Of a stretch of 64,000 nt of DNA, positions 11,646 to 23,395 are shown in pieces (position 1 is the stretch's first letter; the number at the start of each line of letters is the position of its first letter). The stretch is from an uncultured Actinomycetes bacterium (lineage in GTDB: Bacteria > Actinomycetota > Actinomycetes > Nanopelagicales > Nanopelagicaceae): assembly GCA_903895995.1 (NCBI GenBank), contig CAITVX010000014.1, positions 20,741-84,740 of the forward strand, read 5' to 3'. The notes beneath the pieces were generated by a model, which did no database searches, was not told the origin of the DNA, and saw only the letters and a list, made by a program, of their open reading frames with translations. A program made the position numbers and the translations under genes.

Positions 11646-12629
11646 TCAGTCGTTTTCGAGCATCTCCGGGCTCAATCCAGCTTCGGTATCTGGTATTCCA
11701 AGATCGTGGGCCCGCTTATCTGCCATCGCAAGTAATCGACGAATTCTTCCAGCGATCGCATCCTTGGTCATCGGCGGGGTGGCAAGTGAACCAAGTTCTT
11801 CTAGGCTCGCTTGGCCATGGGTAATGCGCAACTCCCCTGCCTCTTTCAGGTGATCAGGAATCTCATCCCCCAGGATCTCCATAGCCCTAGCTACTCGGGC
11901 TGACGCTGCAACAGCTGCCCGGGCAGAGCGGCGAAGATTGGCATCATCAAAGTTTGCAAGGCGGTTCGCGGTCGCACGAACTTCACGTCGCATCCGACGC
12001 TCTTCCCATGCCAGAACAGATTCATGCGCACCTAAGCGAGTCAGAAGCGCGCCGATAGCATCGCCATCACGGATCACAACTCGATCGACGTTACGAACTT
12101 CACGAGCCTTCGCAGTAATTCCCAACCGGCGAGCGGATCCCACAAGTGCAAGTGCAGCCTCAGGTCCTGGGCAGGTGATCTCAAGCGCTGACGAGCGACC
12201 TGGTTCAGTAAGAGATCCATGTGCAAGAAATGCTCCACGCCATGCAGCTTCTGCATCACATATGCCGGCTGAAACAACTTGTGGAGGAAGTCCGCGAATG
12301 GGGCGGTTATTCCCGTCGATCAATCCCGTCTGCCTGGCAAGTGCATCGCCATCAGAGGTAACACGTACCAAGTAGCGCGAACCTTTGCGTAGGCCACCTG
12401 CTGAGAGAACTGCAAGTTCAGCTTCATGGCCAAAAATTTCAGAGATATCTTTGCGCAGCCTTCTGGCACTTTGTGCAGTATCTAATTCAACTTCAATAAC
12501 AATATGTCCTGCTGAGATGTGAAGTCCCCCAGCAAAGCGCAGAAGAGCAGAGACTTCGGCCTTACGACAGCATGGCTTGGTGACGCTGAGTCGACTCAGC
12601 TCATCTTTCACACTTGCGGTCATCGCCAT
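11646..12629 (-). CDS. whiA: Sporulation/cell-division transcription factor WhiA
   Basis: N-terminus [14 protein letters not shown] and a C-terminal HTH. Conserved rapZ-yvcK-whiA order. Confidence 0.95.
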   Translation of the reverse strand: MAMTASVKDELSRLSVTKPCCRKAEVSALLRFAGGLHISAGHIVIEVELDTAQSARRLRKDISEIFGHEAELAVLSAGGLRKGSRYLVRVTSDGDALARQTGLIDGNNRPIRGLPPQVVSAGICDAEAAWRGAFLAHGSLTEPGRSSALEITCPGPEAALALVGSARRLGITAKAREVRNVDRVVIRDGDAIGALLTRLGAHESVLAWEERRMRREVRATANRLANFDDANLRRSARAAVAASARVARAMEILGDEIPDHLKEAGELRITHGQASLEELGSLATPPMTKDAIAGRIRRLLAMADKRAHDLGIPDTEAGLSPEMLEND

Positions 12630-12648
12630 GTGAGTATCTAAGCAGGGT

Positions 12649-13581
12649 TCAATTGAAAATGTGGCGTAAAAGTGGACCTAATTTTTGGGGATCGTGATGA
12701 AAACTTCCTGGCGTAAGAGCTAAATCCGATAAAACAAGTTCACCACCGCAACCCTCAACTACCTGTTTAAGGCTAGGTGATTGTGCCAACGAGGCACGAT
12801 CGGCCACTGCATAATCAATATGAAGATCGGGTAAATGTTTAGTGATCAATTGAAGATGTTCGGCTGCTGAATATCCTGCAAATTCATTTTCAGTATCGGG
12901 TTCGGGCAGATTGAAGAGAACTACCTTCTTGGCCGATGATTGCGCAATCGCTGCTGCCTGCTCTTTGAGAAGAAAATGAGGCATGACACTTGAGAACCAA
13001 GAACCTGGCCCTATGGTGATCCATTCCGCATCAGCAATTGCTTGTATCGCTTCTGGTGTTGAACGTGGTTCATCTGGAATCAATCTGAGAGATTCCACTC
13101 TACCTTTCGTTGTTGCAACCTCAACTTGGCCCCGAACGATCTTTCGCCCATACGCTGTATTGAAAGTTCCTTCAATATCGAGCGGTTCAAGAGCCATCGG
13201 TAATACGCGACCACGAAGGCGAAGTAATTCACCAACCCTGGCGATTCCTTGTACCGGATCTCCATCCCGATCCCAAAGAGCTGTCAGAAGTAAATTTCCT
13301 AATGCATGTCCGTTAAGGTCGCCTTCGCTTGTGAAGCGATATTGAAGTATCTGCGCCCAATCACGGCCCCACTCATCATCTGAGCAGAGAGCTGCAAGTG
13401 CCATCCTCAAATCGCCTGGAGGGAGAAAACCAAACTCTTCACGCAATCGTCCGCTCGATCCACCATTATCTGCAACGGTAACGATCGCCGTCAGATCATC
13501 TGTAATAGTTCGAAGTGCTGTGAGAGTTGCAGCCAGACCATGTCCACCACCAAGAGCAACTACTCGAGGATTGAAGCTCAA
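12649..13581 (-). CDS. yvcK: YvcK/CofD-family gluconeogenesis factor
   Basis: Motifs [13 protein letters not shown] and [11 protein letters not shown]. Overlaps the rapZ stop by 4 nt. Confidence 0.85.
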   Translation of the reverse strand: MSFNPRVVALGGGHGLAATLTALRTITDDLTAIVTVADNGGSSGRLREEFGFLPPGDLRMALAALCSDDEWGRDWAQILQYRFTSEGDLNGHALGNLLLTALWDRDGDPVQGIARVGELLRLRGRVLPMALEPLDIEGTFNTAYGRKIVRGQVEVATTKGRVESLRLIPDEPRSTPEAIQAIADAEWITIGPGSWFSSVMPHFLLKEQAAAIAQSSAKKVVLFNLPEPDTENEFAGYSAAEHLQLITKHLPDLHIDYAVADRASLAQSPSLKQVVEGCGGELVLSDLALTPGSFHHDPQKLGPLLRHIFN

Positions 13582-14453
13582 ATTTCGCGCCCAAGATCTC
13601 GATGCATGGGATGGGCGATAATGGAACGACCGCCGATGAGAGATTTTGCATTAAACCTCTTGGAGAGTTCTTCTGCGATTGCAACGCTGCGATGTTTTCC
13701 ACCTGTGCATCCGACAGCGAGGGTCAAATATTTTCTACCCTCGTTGAAGAATCCAACAGCCATCGTCTCAAAGAGAGACTGGTAACGATCGAGAAATTCT
13801 TGAGTATTGGCACTTCCCAGAACAGCCTCACTCACTGGGGCATCTAATCCATTGAGTGGACGAAGCTCAGGCACCCAATGTGGGTTAGCAATGAACCGGC
13901 AATCGACCACAAGATCTGCATCGACTGGGATACCGTATTTGTATCCAAAGGAGAGAACATTGACGCGAAGGTCAGCATCTCCAGCGGAGTTGAAAATCTC
14001 CTCGATCTTCTTCTCGAGCTGATGGATATTAAATGCCGAGGAATCAACAATTAAATCTGCAAGAGAGCGAACTTCTCGCAGGCGTTCGCGCTCTTTTGCG
14101 ATGCCATCGAGAATCCGGTCTGACCCTTGCAAGGGATGGGGTCTACGTGTTGCTTCAAATCTGCGTACGAGAACATCATCGGAGGCATCAACAAAGAGAA
14201 TTCTGCGGGCAATTCCTCGCTTCTGTAATTCGGCGAGAGCCCCGTTCAGTTCGTCAAAGAATTGACCCCCGCGAACGTCGATGACGACTGCATACTTTGT
14301 CACAGTTGTCGCTGCTAGATCACATAGATTGGGAAGTAACGCTGGCGGCAGGTTATCGACGACATACCATCCAAGATCTTCCATCACATGTGCAACTGTT
14401 GATCGACCAGCACCGCTCATACCAGTGACGAGAACTACTTCGGATGAAGACAT
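13578..14453 (-). CDS. rapZ: RNase adapter protein RapZ (P-loop NTPase)
   Basis: Walker A VTGMSGAGRST and the motif GCTGGKHRSV. Confidence 0.9.
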   Translation of the reverse strand: MSSSEVVLVTGMSGAGRSTVAHVMEDLGWYVVDNLPPALLPNLCDLAATTVTKYAVVIDVRGGQFFDELNGALAELQKRGIARRILFVDASDDVLVRRFEATRRPHPLQGSDRILDGIAKERERLREVRSLADLIVDSSAFNIHQLEKKIEEIFNSAGDADLRVNVLSFGYKYGIPVDADLVVDCRFIANPHWVPELRPLNGLDAPVSEAVLGSANTQEFLDRYQSLFETMAVGFFNEGRKYLTLAVGCTGGKHRSVAIAEELSKRFNAKSLIGGRSIIAHPMHRDLGREI

Positions 14454-14467
14454 GTCTCTATCCTGCC

Positions 14468-16384
14468 TTACTTGTCAAGGATTTCACCAGTAGCCATATC
14501 AACCGTAGGGCTCGTTGCAGCCTCACGGGAGATTCCGTCGATGATGATCTGAGCAGTCTTTGTCCCAATTCCTGGAATCGTCGCTATCTGCTCAAGGGTC
14601 GCGCTACGAATCGCAGTCACAGATCCAAAGTGATCTAAGAGCGCTTTACGACGAACTTCACCTAGAGAAGGAATATCATCGAGTAAAGATTCAAGCATCA
14701 CCTGTGATCGCTTGCTGCGGTGGAATGTAATGGCAAATCGATGAGCTTCATCGCGAACTCTCTGCAGAAGATAGAGCGCTTCGCTATGGCGCGGAAAGAT
14801 CACCGGATCTTTATTATCTGGCAACCATACTTCTTCCAGGCGTTTTGCTAAGCCAACTAAGGTGATGTTCTCAATCCCAAGTTCTGCCAGAGCCCTCGCT
14901 GCGGCAGCTACTTGTGGCTGACCACCATCGACGACAATCAACTGCGGTGCATAAGCAAACTTTGGACGGCTTCCCCCGGTTGTTGCGATCTCATTGAGAT
15001 CGATATCTTTCTCAGCCAAATAACGCTTGAGACGTCTTGTGAGGACATGATGCATCGCCCGCGTATCATCAAAGTTTGATTCATCATCGATCGCAAAACG
15101 TCGGTATTCACTCTTCTTCGCTTGACCATCTTCAAAGACGACCATGGAAGCGACCATATGCTTGCCTTGGATATTAGAGATATCAAAACATTCGATTCGC
15201 AGTGGGAGCTCAGGCATATCGAGAGCTTGTGCGATCTCTTCAAGCGCTGCGCCACTTACAGCTGCATCATTGGCTCTCTTGCTTAAATACTGAATGAGGG
15301 ATTGGTGAGCATTGCGTTTAACGACAGCGATGATCTCTGCCTTCTCACCACGAATTGGGTGGGCGATAGAGACCTTGTGGCCACTTAACTGCGCAAGCCA
15401 CGCCTCAAACTCGGCAATCTCATCGCTCTCTCGATCAATCAAGATCTCCTTGGGGATCTCATTATCGAGATAGATCTTGCTCAGAGTCGCGCCGATAAGT
15501 TCTTCGCCTTCCAGGACGTTTGCCATATCAATAATCCAAGAGCGAGACCCGACGATTCGTCCATTTCGTACAGAGAAGAGTGATGCAGCGCAATGTGTGG
15601 TCTCCTCATGGATACCTATTACATCTGCGGTGAAATTTGGACTTAGGGAGGTTCCCATAATCTCGTTGGACTTAGAGATTGCGTGGAGTTGATCACGCAA
15701 TTTACCCGCCTTCTCGAACTCCTCATTGGCGGAGGCCTGAGCCATCTCTTTTTCGATCTGCACTTCAATATCTGCTGGATTTGAATCGAGATATTTGACG
15801 AGCTTCGTTGCTAGATCTTTATGGTCATCTTCGCTGATCCAGCCCACGCATGGCGCCGAACACTTGCCGATATCACCCAGGAGACATTGACGTTTACTCT
15901 TTACTGCCCGTTCAAAGTTACCGTCACTGCAGCTGCGTACTGGATAGATCTTTTGTAAAGTGTCGAAGGTACTCCGAAGTGCCCAGGTATGAGCAAATGG
16001 TCCGAAGTATTTAGTTCCTTTCAACTTCTTCTGCCTTGAGACATAGACCTTAGGAAACTTCTCATTGATTGCTACGGCCAAGTATGGATAACTCTTATCA
16101 TCTTTAAATTGAACGTTAAATTCAGGGTTATAGCTCTTGATCCATGTGAACTCGAGTTGCAGCGCTTCAACTTCTGTATTGACAATCGTCCAATCGACGC
16201 GGATCGCCTTATGCACCATCCGATATGTCTTCTCAGTGAGATTGCTACCAAAATATGAGTTGAGGCGGTTCTTTAAATTTCGCGCCTTGCCCACATAGAT
16301 AACTGTTCCAGTGGCATCATAGAAACGATAAACGCCAGGATCTGTGGGAATATTCGATGGGCGATAACTCTGCGGATCAGCCAT
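14468..16384 (-). CDS. uvrC: Excinuclease ABC subunit C
   Basis: 638 aa. N-terminal GIY-YIG region GVYRFYDATGTVIYVGKARNLKNRLNSYF and a C-terminal helix-hairpin-helix region. Confidence 0.96.
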   Translation of the reverse strand: MADPQSYRPSNIPTDPGVYRFYDATGTVIYVGKARNLKNRLNSYFGSNLTEKTYRMVHKAIRVDWTIVNTEVEALQLEFTWIKSYNPEFNVQFKDDKSYPYLAVAINEKFPKVYVSRQKKLKGTKYFGPFAHTWALRSTFDTLQKIYPVRSCSDGNFERAVKSKRQCLLGDIGKCSAPCVGWISEDDHKDLATKLVKYLDSNPADIEVQIEKEMAQASANEEFEKAGKLRDQLHAISKSNEIMGTSLSPNFTADVIGIHEETTHCAASLFSVRNGRIVGSRSWIIDMANVLEGEELIGATLSKIYLDNEIPKEILIDRESDEIAEFEAWLAQLSGHKVSIAHPIRGEKAEIIAVVKRNAHQSLIQYLSKRANDAAVSGAALEEIAQALDMPELPLRIECFDISNIQGKHMVASMVVFEDGQAKKSEYRRFAIDDESNFDDTRAMHHVLTRRLKRYLAEKDIDLNEIATTGGSRPKFAYAPQLIVVDGGQPQVAAAARALAELGIENITLVGLAKRLEEVWLPDNKDPVIFPRHSEALYLLQRVRDEAHRFAITFHRSKRSQVMLESLLDDIPSLGEVRRKALLDHFGSVTAIRSATLEQIATIPGIGTKTAQIIIDGISREAATSPTVDMATGEILDK

Positions 16385-16393
16385 TGGTGCTTC

Positions 16394-19225
16394 CTATTTC
16401 AGAACTGAAGCCAGGAATTGACCCGTATAACTCTGCTTCATCTTCGCAACAGCTTCGGGAGTTCCTTCGGCAATCACTTCGCCTCCCCCGGCGCCGCCTT
16501 CTGGGCCCAGATCAATGACCCAGTCTGCACATTTGATAACGTCAAGATTGTGTTCGATGACGATAACTGTATTACCAGTGTCTACCAATCGATTGAGAAC
16601 CACTAAAAGCTTTCGCGTATCTTCAAAATGTAAGCCTGTTGTTGGTTCATCAAGTACATAGATAGTTCGGCCGGTTGAGCGTCGCTGGAGCTCTGTAGCA
16701 AGCTTTACTCGCTGGGCTTCTCCACCTGAAAGGGTTGGGGCCGATTGCCCGAGTCGTACGTATCCGAGTCCAACGTCATTGAGCGTCTTAAGGAAGCGCG
16801 CGATGGCAGGAACGGATTCGAAGAAATCAAAGGCTTCTTCGATGGGCATATCGAGTACTTGGGCGATCGTTTTTCCCTTGTAATGAACTTCAAGAGTCTC
16901 ACGGTTATATCTCGCTCCATGACAGACCTCGCATGGGACATAGACATCTGGCAGGAAGTTCATCTCAATGGTGATGGTGCCATCGCCAGCGCAATTCTCG
17001 CAGCGACCACCTTTAACGTTAAATGAGAAACGTCCTTGCAGATAACCACGAACTTTTGCTTCGCTCGTCTCTGCAAAGAGGGCGCGAATCTTGTCAAATA
17101 CTCCTGTATATGTCGCTGGATTGGAGCGAGGAGTTCTTCCGATAGGAGATTGATCCACGTGTACAACTTTGTCGAGATTATCAAGACCTGAAACTGAACG
17201 GTGTCTACCTGGGACAATACGTGCACCATTGAGTTTGTTTGCAAGAACGCTATAGAGAATGTCGTTGACGAGCGTTGATTTTCCTGAACCGCTCACACCG
17301 GTCACCGCCACAAAATTTCCAAGCGGGAATGTGACTGAAATATTCTTCAGGTTATTCTCTTTCGCCTCTTTTACTGTGATCGTACGAGCCTTGTCATAGG
17401 CTCTTCTCTGCTTCGGAACTTCAATCTTTGTTCGTCCTGACATGTAGGCACCAGTGATAGAACGAGGTGCATCAATCAATTCTTGGTAGCTTCCAGATGA
17501 AACGATCTCTCCACCATGCTCACCTGCGCCAGGACCGATATCAACGATCCAATCAGCAGCGCGGATCGTATCTTCATCGTGTTCTACGACAATCAAGGTA
17601 TTACCCATATCGCGAAGGCGTGTGAGGGTTTCAATAAGTCGATGATTATCACGTTGGTGCAGACCAATGCTTGGCTCATCTAAGACATAGAGAACCCCGA
17701 CTAACCCTGAACCAATTTGAGTGGCGAGTCTTATGCGCTGCGCTTCCCCACCTGAGAGAGAACCAGCTGCACGCTCCAACGAGAGGTAATCCAGCCCAAC
17801 ATCCAAGAGGAAACCGAGGCGAGCATGAACTTCCTTGAGAACTCTTTCAGCGATCTTCTTCTCGCGGGCGTTAAGTGAGATCTTCTTGAGGAAGAGCGCA
17901 CAATCGGCGATAGATAATTCACAAATTTGAGCGATGCTCTTTCCGCCAAGTGTGACAGCGAGAACCTCAGGCTTTAATCGCGTTCCTTTGCATGCTGGGC
18001 ATGGGGTCTCACGCATATAAGCCTCATATTTATCGCGACCATACTCGCCTTCGCTTTCGGAGTGACGACGCACGATAAAAGGTTTTACTCCTTCAAATCC
18101 AGTTGTGTATGCGCGTTCGCGTCCATAACGATTCTTATACTTCACATGAACTTCATAATCCCATCCATCGAGGATTGCGCTCTTAGCTTTTATTCCAAGT
18201 GCTTTCCATGGCTTATCCAGTGAGAAGCTCAGCTCTTTCGCGAGGCCTTCAAGTAAGCGATCAAAGTATTCTGAGTTGACCCACGGAGCGATTGCACCTT
18301 CTCCAATAGAGAGAGTGTCATCTGGGATTACGAGCTCTTCATCAACTTCAAGCTTGATACCAAGACCTGTGCACTCTGGGCATGCACCGAAGGGAGAGTT
18401 AAATGAGAAAGAGCGTGGTTCTAATTCCCCGAAGGAGAGCTCACAATCATGGCAAGCCATATGTTCACTGAAGGTCTTCTCTTTCTCGGGGTCACCTGCT
18501 TTGAGATCAACAAAATCTAAGACGACGAGGCCACTTGCAAGCTTGAGGGCGGTCTCGATCGAATCGGTAAGACGAGACTTTGCATCTGCTTTGACGGCAA
18601 GGCGATCGACCACAACTTCGATGGTGTGCTTCTCTTGCTTCTTCAGCTTTGGGGCTTCGGCGAGTGCGTAGACAGTCCCATCCACGCGTGCACGTGAGAA
18701 ACCTTGGACTGTAAGATCTTTGAAGAGATCAACGAACTCACCCTTGCGACCACGCACGATTGGAGCGAGCACCTGAAACTTGATACCTGCATCGAGTGCA
18801 AGAATCTGATCAACAATATTCTGTGGCGTCTGCTTAGCTATCGCCTTGCCACAACTCGGGCAATGGGGCCGACCAGCACGAGCAAAGAGTAAACGCAGAT
18901 AGTCATAAACCTCTGTGATCGTTCCTACTGTCGATCTCGGATTTCGATTTGTAGATTTCTGATCGATTGAGACTGCAGGTGAGAGGCCCTCGATGAAATC
19001 AACATCAGGTTTATCCATCTGTCCTAGAAATTGGCGCGCATAGGCTGAGAGAGATTCAACATAGCGACGTTGGCCCTCAGCAAAGATTGTGTCGAAGGCG
19101 AGGGATGATTTTCCAGAGCCAGAAAGTCCAGTAAAGACGATCAGTGAATTACGAGGAAGATCGAGGGAGACATTCTTTAGATTGTGAGCACGCGCTCCAC
19201 GTACAACTAAACGATCAGCGCTCAT
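16394..19225 (-). CDS. uvrA: Excinuclease ABC subunit A
   Basis: 943 aa. Two ABC modules ([15 protein letters not shown] and [15 protein letters not shown]), LSGGEAQR signature motifs and Cys4 zinc modules. Confidence 0.97.
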   Translation of the reverse strand: MSADRLVVRGARAHNLKNVSLDLPRNSLIVFTGLSGSGKSSLAFDTIFAEGQRRYVESLSAYARQFLGQMDKPDVDFIEGLSPAVSIDQKSTNRNPRSTVGTITEVYDYLRLLFARAGRPHCPSCGKAIAKQTPQNIVDQILALDAGIKFQVLAPIVRGRKGEFVDLFKDLTVQGFSRARVDGTVYALAEAPKLKKQEKHTIEVVVDRLAVKADAKSRLTDSIETALKLASGLVVLDFVDLKAGDPEKEKTFSEHMACHDCELSFGELEPRSFSFNSPFGACPECTGLGIKLEVDEELVIPDDTLSIGEGAIAPWVNSEYFDRLLEGLAKELSFSLDKPWKALGIKAKSAILDGWDYEVHVKYKNRYGRERAYTTGFEGVKPFIVRRHSESEGEYGRDKYEAYMRETPCPACKGTRLKPEVLAVTLGGKSIAQICELSIADCALFLKKISLNAREKKIAERVLKEVHARLGFLLDVGLDYLSLERAAGSLSGGEAQRIRLATQIGSGLVGVLYVLDEPSIGLHQRDNHRLIETLTRLRDMGNTLIVVEHDEDTIRAADWIVDIGPGAGEHGGEIVSSGSYQELIDAPRSITGAYMSGRTKIEVPKQRRAYDKARTITVKEAKENNLKNISVTFPLGNFVAVTGVSGSGKSTLVNDILYSVLANKLNGARIVPGRHRSVSGLDNLDKVVHVDQSPIGRTPRSNPATYTGVFDKIRALFAETSEAKVRGYLQGRFSFNVKGGRCENCAGDGTITIEMNFLPDVYVPCEVCHGARYNRETLEVHYKGKTIAQVLDMPIEEAFDFFESVPAIARFLKTLNDVGLGYVRLGQSAPTLSGGEAQRVKLATELQRRSTGRTIYVLDEPTTGLHFEDTRKLLVVLNRLVDTGNTVIVIEHNLDVIKCADWVIDLGPEGGAGGGEVIAEGTPEAVAKMKQSYTGQFLASVLK

Positions 19226-21297
19226 TCACCAGCCTCTTCCATTCCACGAAGCTCCTTCTTGAGCTCTCTAATCTCATCACGAAGTCTGGCCGCCACTTCA
19301 AACTGCAATTGGGCGGCGCTCGACTTCATCTGATCCGTGAGGGATTCTATGAGAGCGATGAGCTCTTGTCGCGGCAATGAGGCTGGGAGCGTTGAGCGCA
19401 CTCCTACCGCGATCCCCCCACCATTCTTGGTCTTCTTCTTCGTCAGGTTATCCGTATCGTCGGCCTCTTGGGTAATGAGATCTGTAATATCGGCGATCTT
19501 CTTTCGAAGCGCCGTTGGTTCAATTCCATGTTCAGTGTTGTAGGCGACTTGCTTCTCACGACGCCTATTTGTCTCATCGATCGCCTGAACCATTGATTTC
19601 GTCATATTGTCGGCATACATGTGAACTTCACCCGATACATTTCGGGCAGCACGGCCGATATTCTGAATCAACGATGTAGAAGAACGCAAGAAGCCCTCTT
19701 TATCTGCATCAAGGATTGCAACCAGTGAGACTTCTGGGAGATCTAGACCTTCGCGCAGAAGGTTGATTCCGATCAAGACATCGTATTCACCCGTACGTAG
19801 TTCACGCAGGAGCTCTACTCGCCGCAGAGTGTCAACCTCTGAGTGCAAATAACGCACACGGATCCCAATACCCTGTAAGTAATCAGTGAGATCCTCGGAC
19901 ATCTTCTTTGTTAGCGTTGTGACGAGAACCCGCTCATTCTTTACTGAGCGTTCATTGATAGAGGCGACTAGGTCATCGATCTGACCCTTAATTGGCTTAA
20001 CAATAATTTTAGGATCGATGAGACCTGTTGGGCGAATGACTTGCTCAACAACATCACCCTCTACCTTGGCTAACTCGTACTTACCCGGCGTCGCCGAGAG
20101 ATAGAGCGTCTGTCCTTTACGAGTGAGAAATTCATCAAAGCGCAAAGGTCTATTATCGAGAGCGCTTGGCAGTCGAAAACCGTGCTCGACAAGTGTTCGT
20201 TTTCTCGATGCATCACCTTCGTGCATTGCTCCGATCTGCGGAACCGTTACATGAGATTCATCTATCACAACAAGGAAATCTTCAGGAAAGTAGTCGAGTA
20301 AGCAGTGAGGGGCACTTCCAGCTTCGCGGCCATCGATATGACGGGAGTAGTTTTCAATTCCTGAACAGAAGCCGAGCTGGCGAATCATTTCGATATCAAA
20401 GGTCGTGCGCATACGAATACGTTGAGCTTCAAGAAGTTTGTTTTGGCGTTCAAAGGCATCGACTGCAATCTCAAGTTCTGAATCAATCTGAGCCACTGCA
20501 CGTTTCATGGTCTCAGGACCTGCGGCATAGTGGCTTGCAGGGAATACATACATCTCAGTCTCTTCGCGAATAATCTCACCCGTCAGTGGATGCAGAGTCA
20601 TGATCTTCTCGATCTCGTCTCCAAACATCTCGATACGAAGCGCTAACTCTTCATACATGGGGATGATTTCAATAGTGTCACCACGTACTCGGAATGTTCC
20701 GCGTTCAAAGGCCATATCATTTCGTTTGTACTGGATATCAACGAATTGACGGAGCAGAACATTTCTCTCAATGGAATCCCCGACCCGAAGTCTGATCATT
20801 CGATCCACATACTCTTGAGGTGTACCAAGCCCATAAATACAGGAGACAGTTGCTACCACGATCACATCGCGGCGGGTGAGCAGGGAGTTCGTTGCACTAT
20901 GTCGCAAGCGTTCTACTTCAGCATTCACCGAAGAATCCTTCTCAATGAAGGTATCTGATTGAGGGACATATGCTTCAGGTTGGTAGTAGTCGTAATAAGA
21001 GACGAAGTACTCAACAGCATTGTTTGGAAGTAATTCTCTAAATTCATTCGCAAGCTGGGCAGCGAGAGTTTTATTTGGGGCGAGCACGAGAGTTGGCCGC
21101 TGTAGCTTCTCGATGAGCCACGCCGTTGTGGCGGACTTTCCGGTACCAGTCGCTCCTAAGAGGACGACATCCTGATCTCCACGTTCAAAACGTTTTGCTA
21201 TCTCTGCAATCGCAGTCGGCTGATCCCCCGAAGGAATGTAATCGCTAATTACTTCAAAAGGGTAAGGCTTGCGTTGCAGGTCAGATATCGCTCTCAT
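19222..21297 (-). CDS. uvrB: Excinuclease ABC subunit B
   Basis: 691 aa. Helicase motifs GATGTGKS and VIDESHVT, and a C-terminal UVR domain ([14 protein letters not shown]). The stop overlaps the uvrA start by 4 nt. Confidence 0.97.
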   Translation of the reverse strand: MRAISDLQRKPYPFEVISDYIPSGDQPTAIAEIAKRFERGDQDVVLLGATGTGKSATTAWLIEKLQRPTLVLAPNKTLAAQLANEFRELLPNNAVEYFVSYYDYYQPEAYVPQSDTFIEKDSSVNAEVERLRHSATNSLLTRRDVIVVATVSCIYGLGTPQEYVDRMIRLRVGDSIERNVLLRQFVDIQYKRNDMAFERGTFRVRGDTIEIIPMYEELALRIEMFGDEIEKIMTLHPLTGEIIREETEMYVFPASHYAAGPETMKRAVAQIDSELEIAVDAFERQNKLLEAQRIRMRTTFDIEMIRQLGFCSGIENYSRHIDGREAGSAPHCLLDYFPEDFLVVIDESHVTVPQIGAMHEGDASRKRTLVEHGFRLPSALDNRPLRFDEFLTRKGQTLYLSATPGKYELAKVEGDVVEQVIRPTGLIDPKIIVKPIKGQIDDLVASINERSVKNERVLVTTLTKKMSEDLTDYLQGIGIRVRYLHSEVDTLRRVELLRELRTGEYDVLIGINLLREGLDLPEVSLVAILDADKEGFLRSSTSLIQNIGRAARNVSGEVHMYADNMTKSMVQAIDETNRRREKQVAYNTEHGIEPTALRKKIADITDLITQEADDTDNLTKKKTKNGGGIAVGVRSTLPASLPRQELIALIESLTDQMKSSAAQLQFEVAARLRDEIRELKKELRGMEEAGE

Positions 21298-21896
21298 TCT
21301 TTCGACCTTGCCCGTGGAGAGAGTTCACCCTCCCAGAGATTCTCTACAGATCGCAAGAGGCTATCCCTATCCCCTGAATTTATGATCACTGAATCTGCAA
21401 TTGCTTCTCGCTGTGCATCAGTGACTTGGGCCGCTACTCGTTTATCGAATTCATAACCCTTCATGCCTCGGGCGATAGATCGCTCTCGGCGCAATTCAAG
21501 TGGTGCCGAAACTGTCACAATATAATCAAAACGTGCCGCACCTGACGTTTCAACAAGGAGTGGAATCTGATTAACGATGACATCTCCAGCTTTGGCAGCA
21601 GCAACAACCTGCGCAAATGCATCTCTAATGCGGGGGTGGGTGATCGCTTCTAAATCTGCTCGCGCCTTTGGATCGCTGAAGATGATCTCTCCAAGTTTCG
21701 ATCGGTCGAGGTTGCCATCTTTGAGAACGAGATCCCCAAAGCGAGAAACGATCTCATCAAAACCAGGTGTTCCCCGTTCAACGACATCACGGGCTAGCTG
21801 ATCTGAATCGACAACGGTTGCTCCGAGGGCAGAGAGGAACTCTCCAGCCAGGGATTTACCTGAACCGATTCCACCAGTGAGAGCGACAAGGAGCAC
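21294..21896 (-). CDS. coaE: Dephospho-CoA kinase
   Basis: P-loop [13 protein letters not shown] start verified at 21896. The stop overlaps the uvrB start by 4 nt. Confidence 0.9.
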   Translation of the reverse strand: MLLVALTGGIGSGKSLAGEFLSALGATVVDSDQLARDVVERGTPGFDEIVSRFGDLVLKDGNLDRSKLGEIIFSDPKARADLEAITHPRIRDAFAQVVAAAKAGDVIVNQIPLLVETSGAARFDYIVTVSAPLELRRERSIARGMKGYEFDKRVAAQVTDAQREAIADSVIINSGDRDSLLRSVENLWEGELSPRARSKE

Positions 21897-21960
21897 GCGT
21901 ATAGCCTACCTAGGAATCAAAACCCTTCTAGATCTGGCAGGATTTTCAAAGTCGCTTTCA

Positions 21961-21996
21961 CAAGGAGAAAGCCCCGACCAGATAACTGATCGGGGC
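21961..21996 (-). terminator. Intrinsic terminator downstream of rpsA
   Basis: Minus-strand RNA GCCCCGAUCAGUUAUCUGGUCGGGGC: 7 bp plus 3 bp of stem with one mismatch and loop UUAU, followed by UUUCUCCUUG. It begins 20 nt after the rpsA stop. Confidence 0.6.
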
Positions 21997-22015
21997 CTTC
22001 AACACTCGTTCGCAG

Positions 22016-23383
22016 TTATTCGGCTGCTGGGGCCGGAACCGCTGCAGCTTCTTCTGCGGGGGCAGATTCAGATGCTGCATCCGCTGCGCGGGCCTCATCC
22101 TTCTGCTTCTTGTGCGCCACAAAGCGAGATTGAGCTTCAGCATACTGACGCTCCCACTCTTCACGTTGTGATTCAAAACCTGGGCGCCACTCTTGAGTCT
22201 CAGCATCGAAACCTTCAGGGTAGATGAAGTTGCCAGCTGCGTCATAACGAGCAGCCATTCCATATTGAGTTGGATCGAAAGCTTCGACCTCAACTTCATG
22301 TCCTTCATTAGCCTGCTTGAGTGAGAGTGAGATACGGCGACGCTCGAGATCAATATCAATGATCTTCACGAAGAGTGAATCGCCAACCTGAACAACTTGC
22401 TCTGGGATCTCAACGTGGCGTTCTGCCAACTCAGAGATGTGAACTAAGCCTTCGATACCTTCAAAGACGCGGATAAATGCGCCGAATGGAACGAGCTTCG
22501 TTACTTCACCAGGAACAACTGGGTTGATCGCGTGAGTACGAGCAACTGCCTGCCAAGGATCTTCTTGGGTTGCCTTGAGTGAGAGCGATACGCGCTCACG
22601 CTCGAAATCAACTTCAAGAACTTCAACAGTAACTTCATCTCCTACTTCAACGACTTCACTTGGATGATCGATGTGCTTCCATGAGAGCTCGGAAACGTGA
22701 ACAAGACCATCTACTCCACCAAGATCAACAAATGCGCCGAAGTTCACGATAGATGAGACAACACCTTCGCGGACTTGACCCTTTGTGAGCTGATTGAGGA
22801 ATGTTGTGCGAGACTCAGATTGAGTCTGCTCAAGGTATGCACGACGTGAAAGAACTACGTTGTTACGGTTCTTATCAAGTTCGATGATGCGGCATTCAAC
22901 TTCCTTGCCGATATAAGGAGTGAGGTCACGGACGCGACGCATTTCAACGAGCGATGCTGGTAAGAAGCCACGCAATCCGACATCAACGATAAGTCCACCC
23001 TTAACAACTTCGATGACAGTTCCGACCACGACTTCGTCGCGCTCCTTCTTGCCTTCGATGTCGCCCCATGCACGCTCATATTGAGCACGCTTCTTGGAGA
23101 GGATCAGACGTCCTTCTTTATCTTCTTTCTGGAGTACGAGCGCTTCAATACGATCGCCAACTTTTACAAGCTCTGATGGATCAACATCATGGCGGATTGA
23201 AAGTTCACGGGAAGGGATAACACCTTCAGTTTTATAACCGATATCGAGAAGTACTTCTTCGCGGTCTATTTGTACGACGATGCCTGATACGAGGTCTCCG
23301 TCATTGAAATTCTTAATGGTGCCTTCGATTGCGGCGAGGAAATCTTCTGCTGAACCGATGTCGTTAATTGCGTGAGTGCTCAA
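22016..23383 (-). CDS. rpsA: 30S ribosomal protein S1
   Basis: 455 aa with four S1 repeats and N-terminus AINDIGSAEDFLAAIEGTIKNFNDGDLV. The start codon is TTG (verified), with a GGAG SD 4 nt upstream. Confidence 0.95.
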   Translation of the reverse strand: MSTHAINDIGSAEDFLAAIEGTIKNFNDGDLVSGIVVQIDREEVLLDIGYKTEGVIPSRELSIRHDVDPSELVKVGDRIEALVLQKEDKEGRLILSKKRAQYERAWGDIEGKKERDEVVVGTVIEVVKGGLIVDVGLRGFLPASLVEMRRVRDLTPYIGKEVECRIIELDKNRNNVVLSRRAYLEQTQSESRTTFLNQLTKGQVREGVVSSIVNFGAFVDLGGVDGLVHVSELSWKHIDHPSEVVEVGDEVTVEVLEVDFERERVSLSLKATQEDPWQAVARTHAINPVVPGEVTKLVPFGAFIRVFEGIEGLVHISELAERHVEIPEQVVQVGDSLFVKIIDIDLERRRISLSLKQANEGHEVEVEAFDPTQYGMAARYDAAGNFIYPEGFDAETQEWRPGFESQREEWERQYAEAQSRFVAHKKQKDEARAADAASESAPAEEAAAVPAPAAE

Positions 23384-23395
23384 GTTGCTCCGTAG

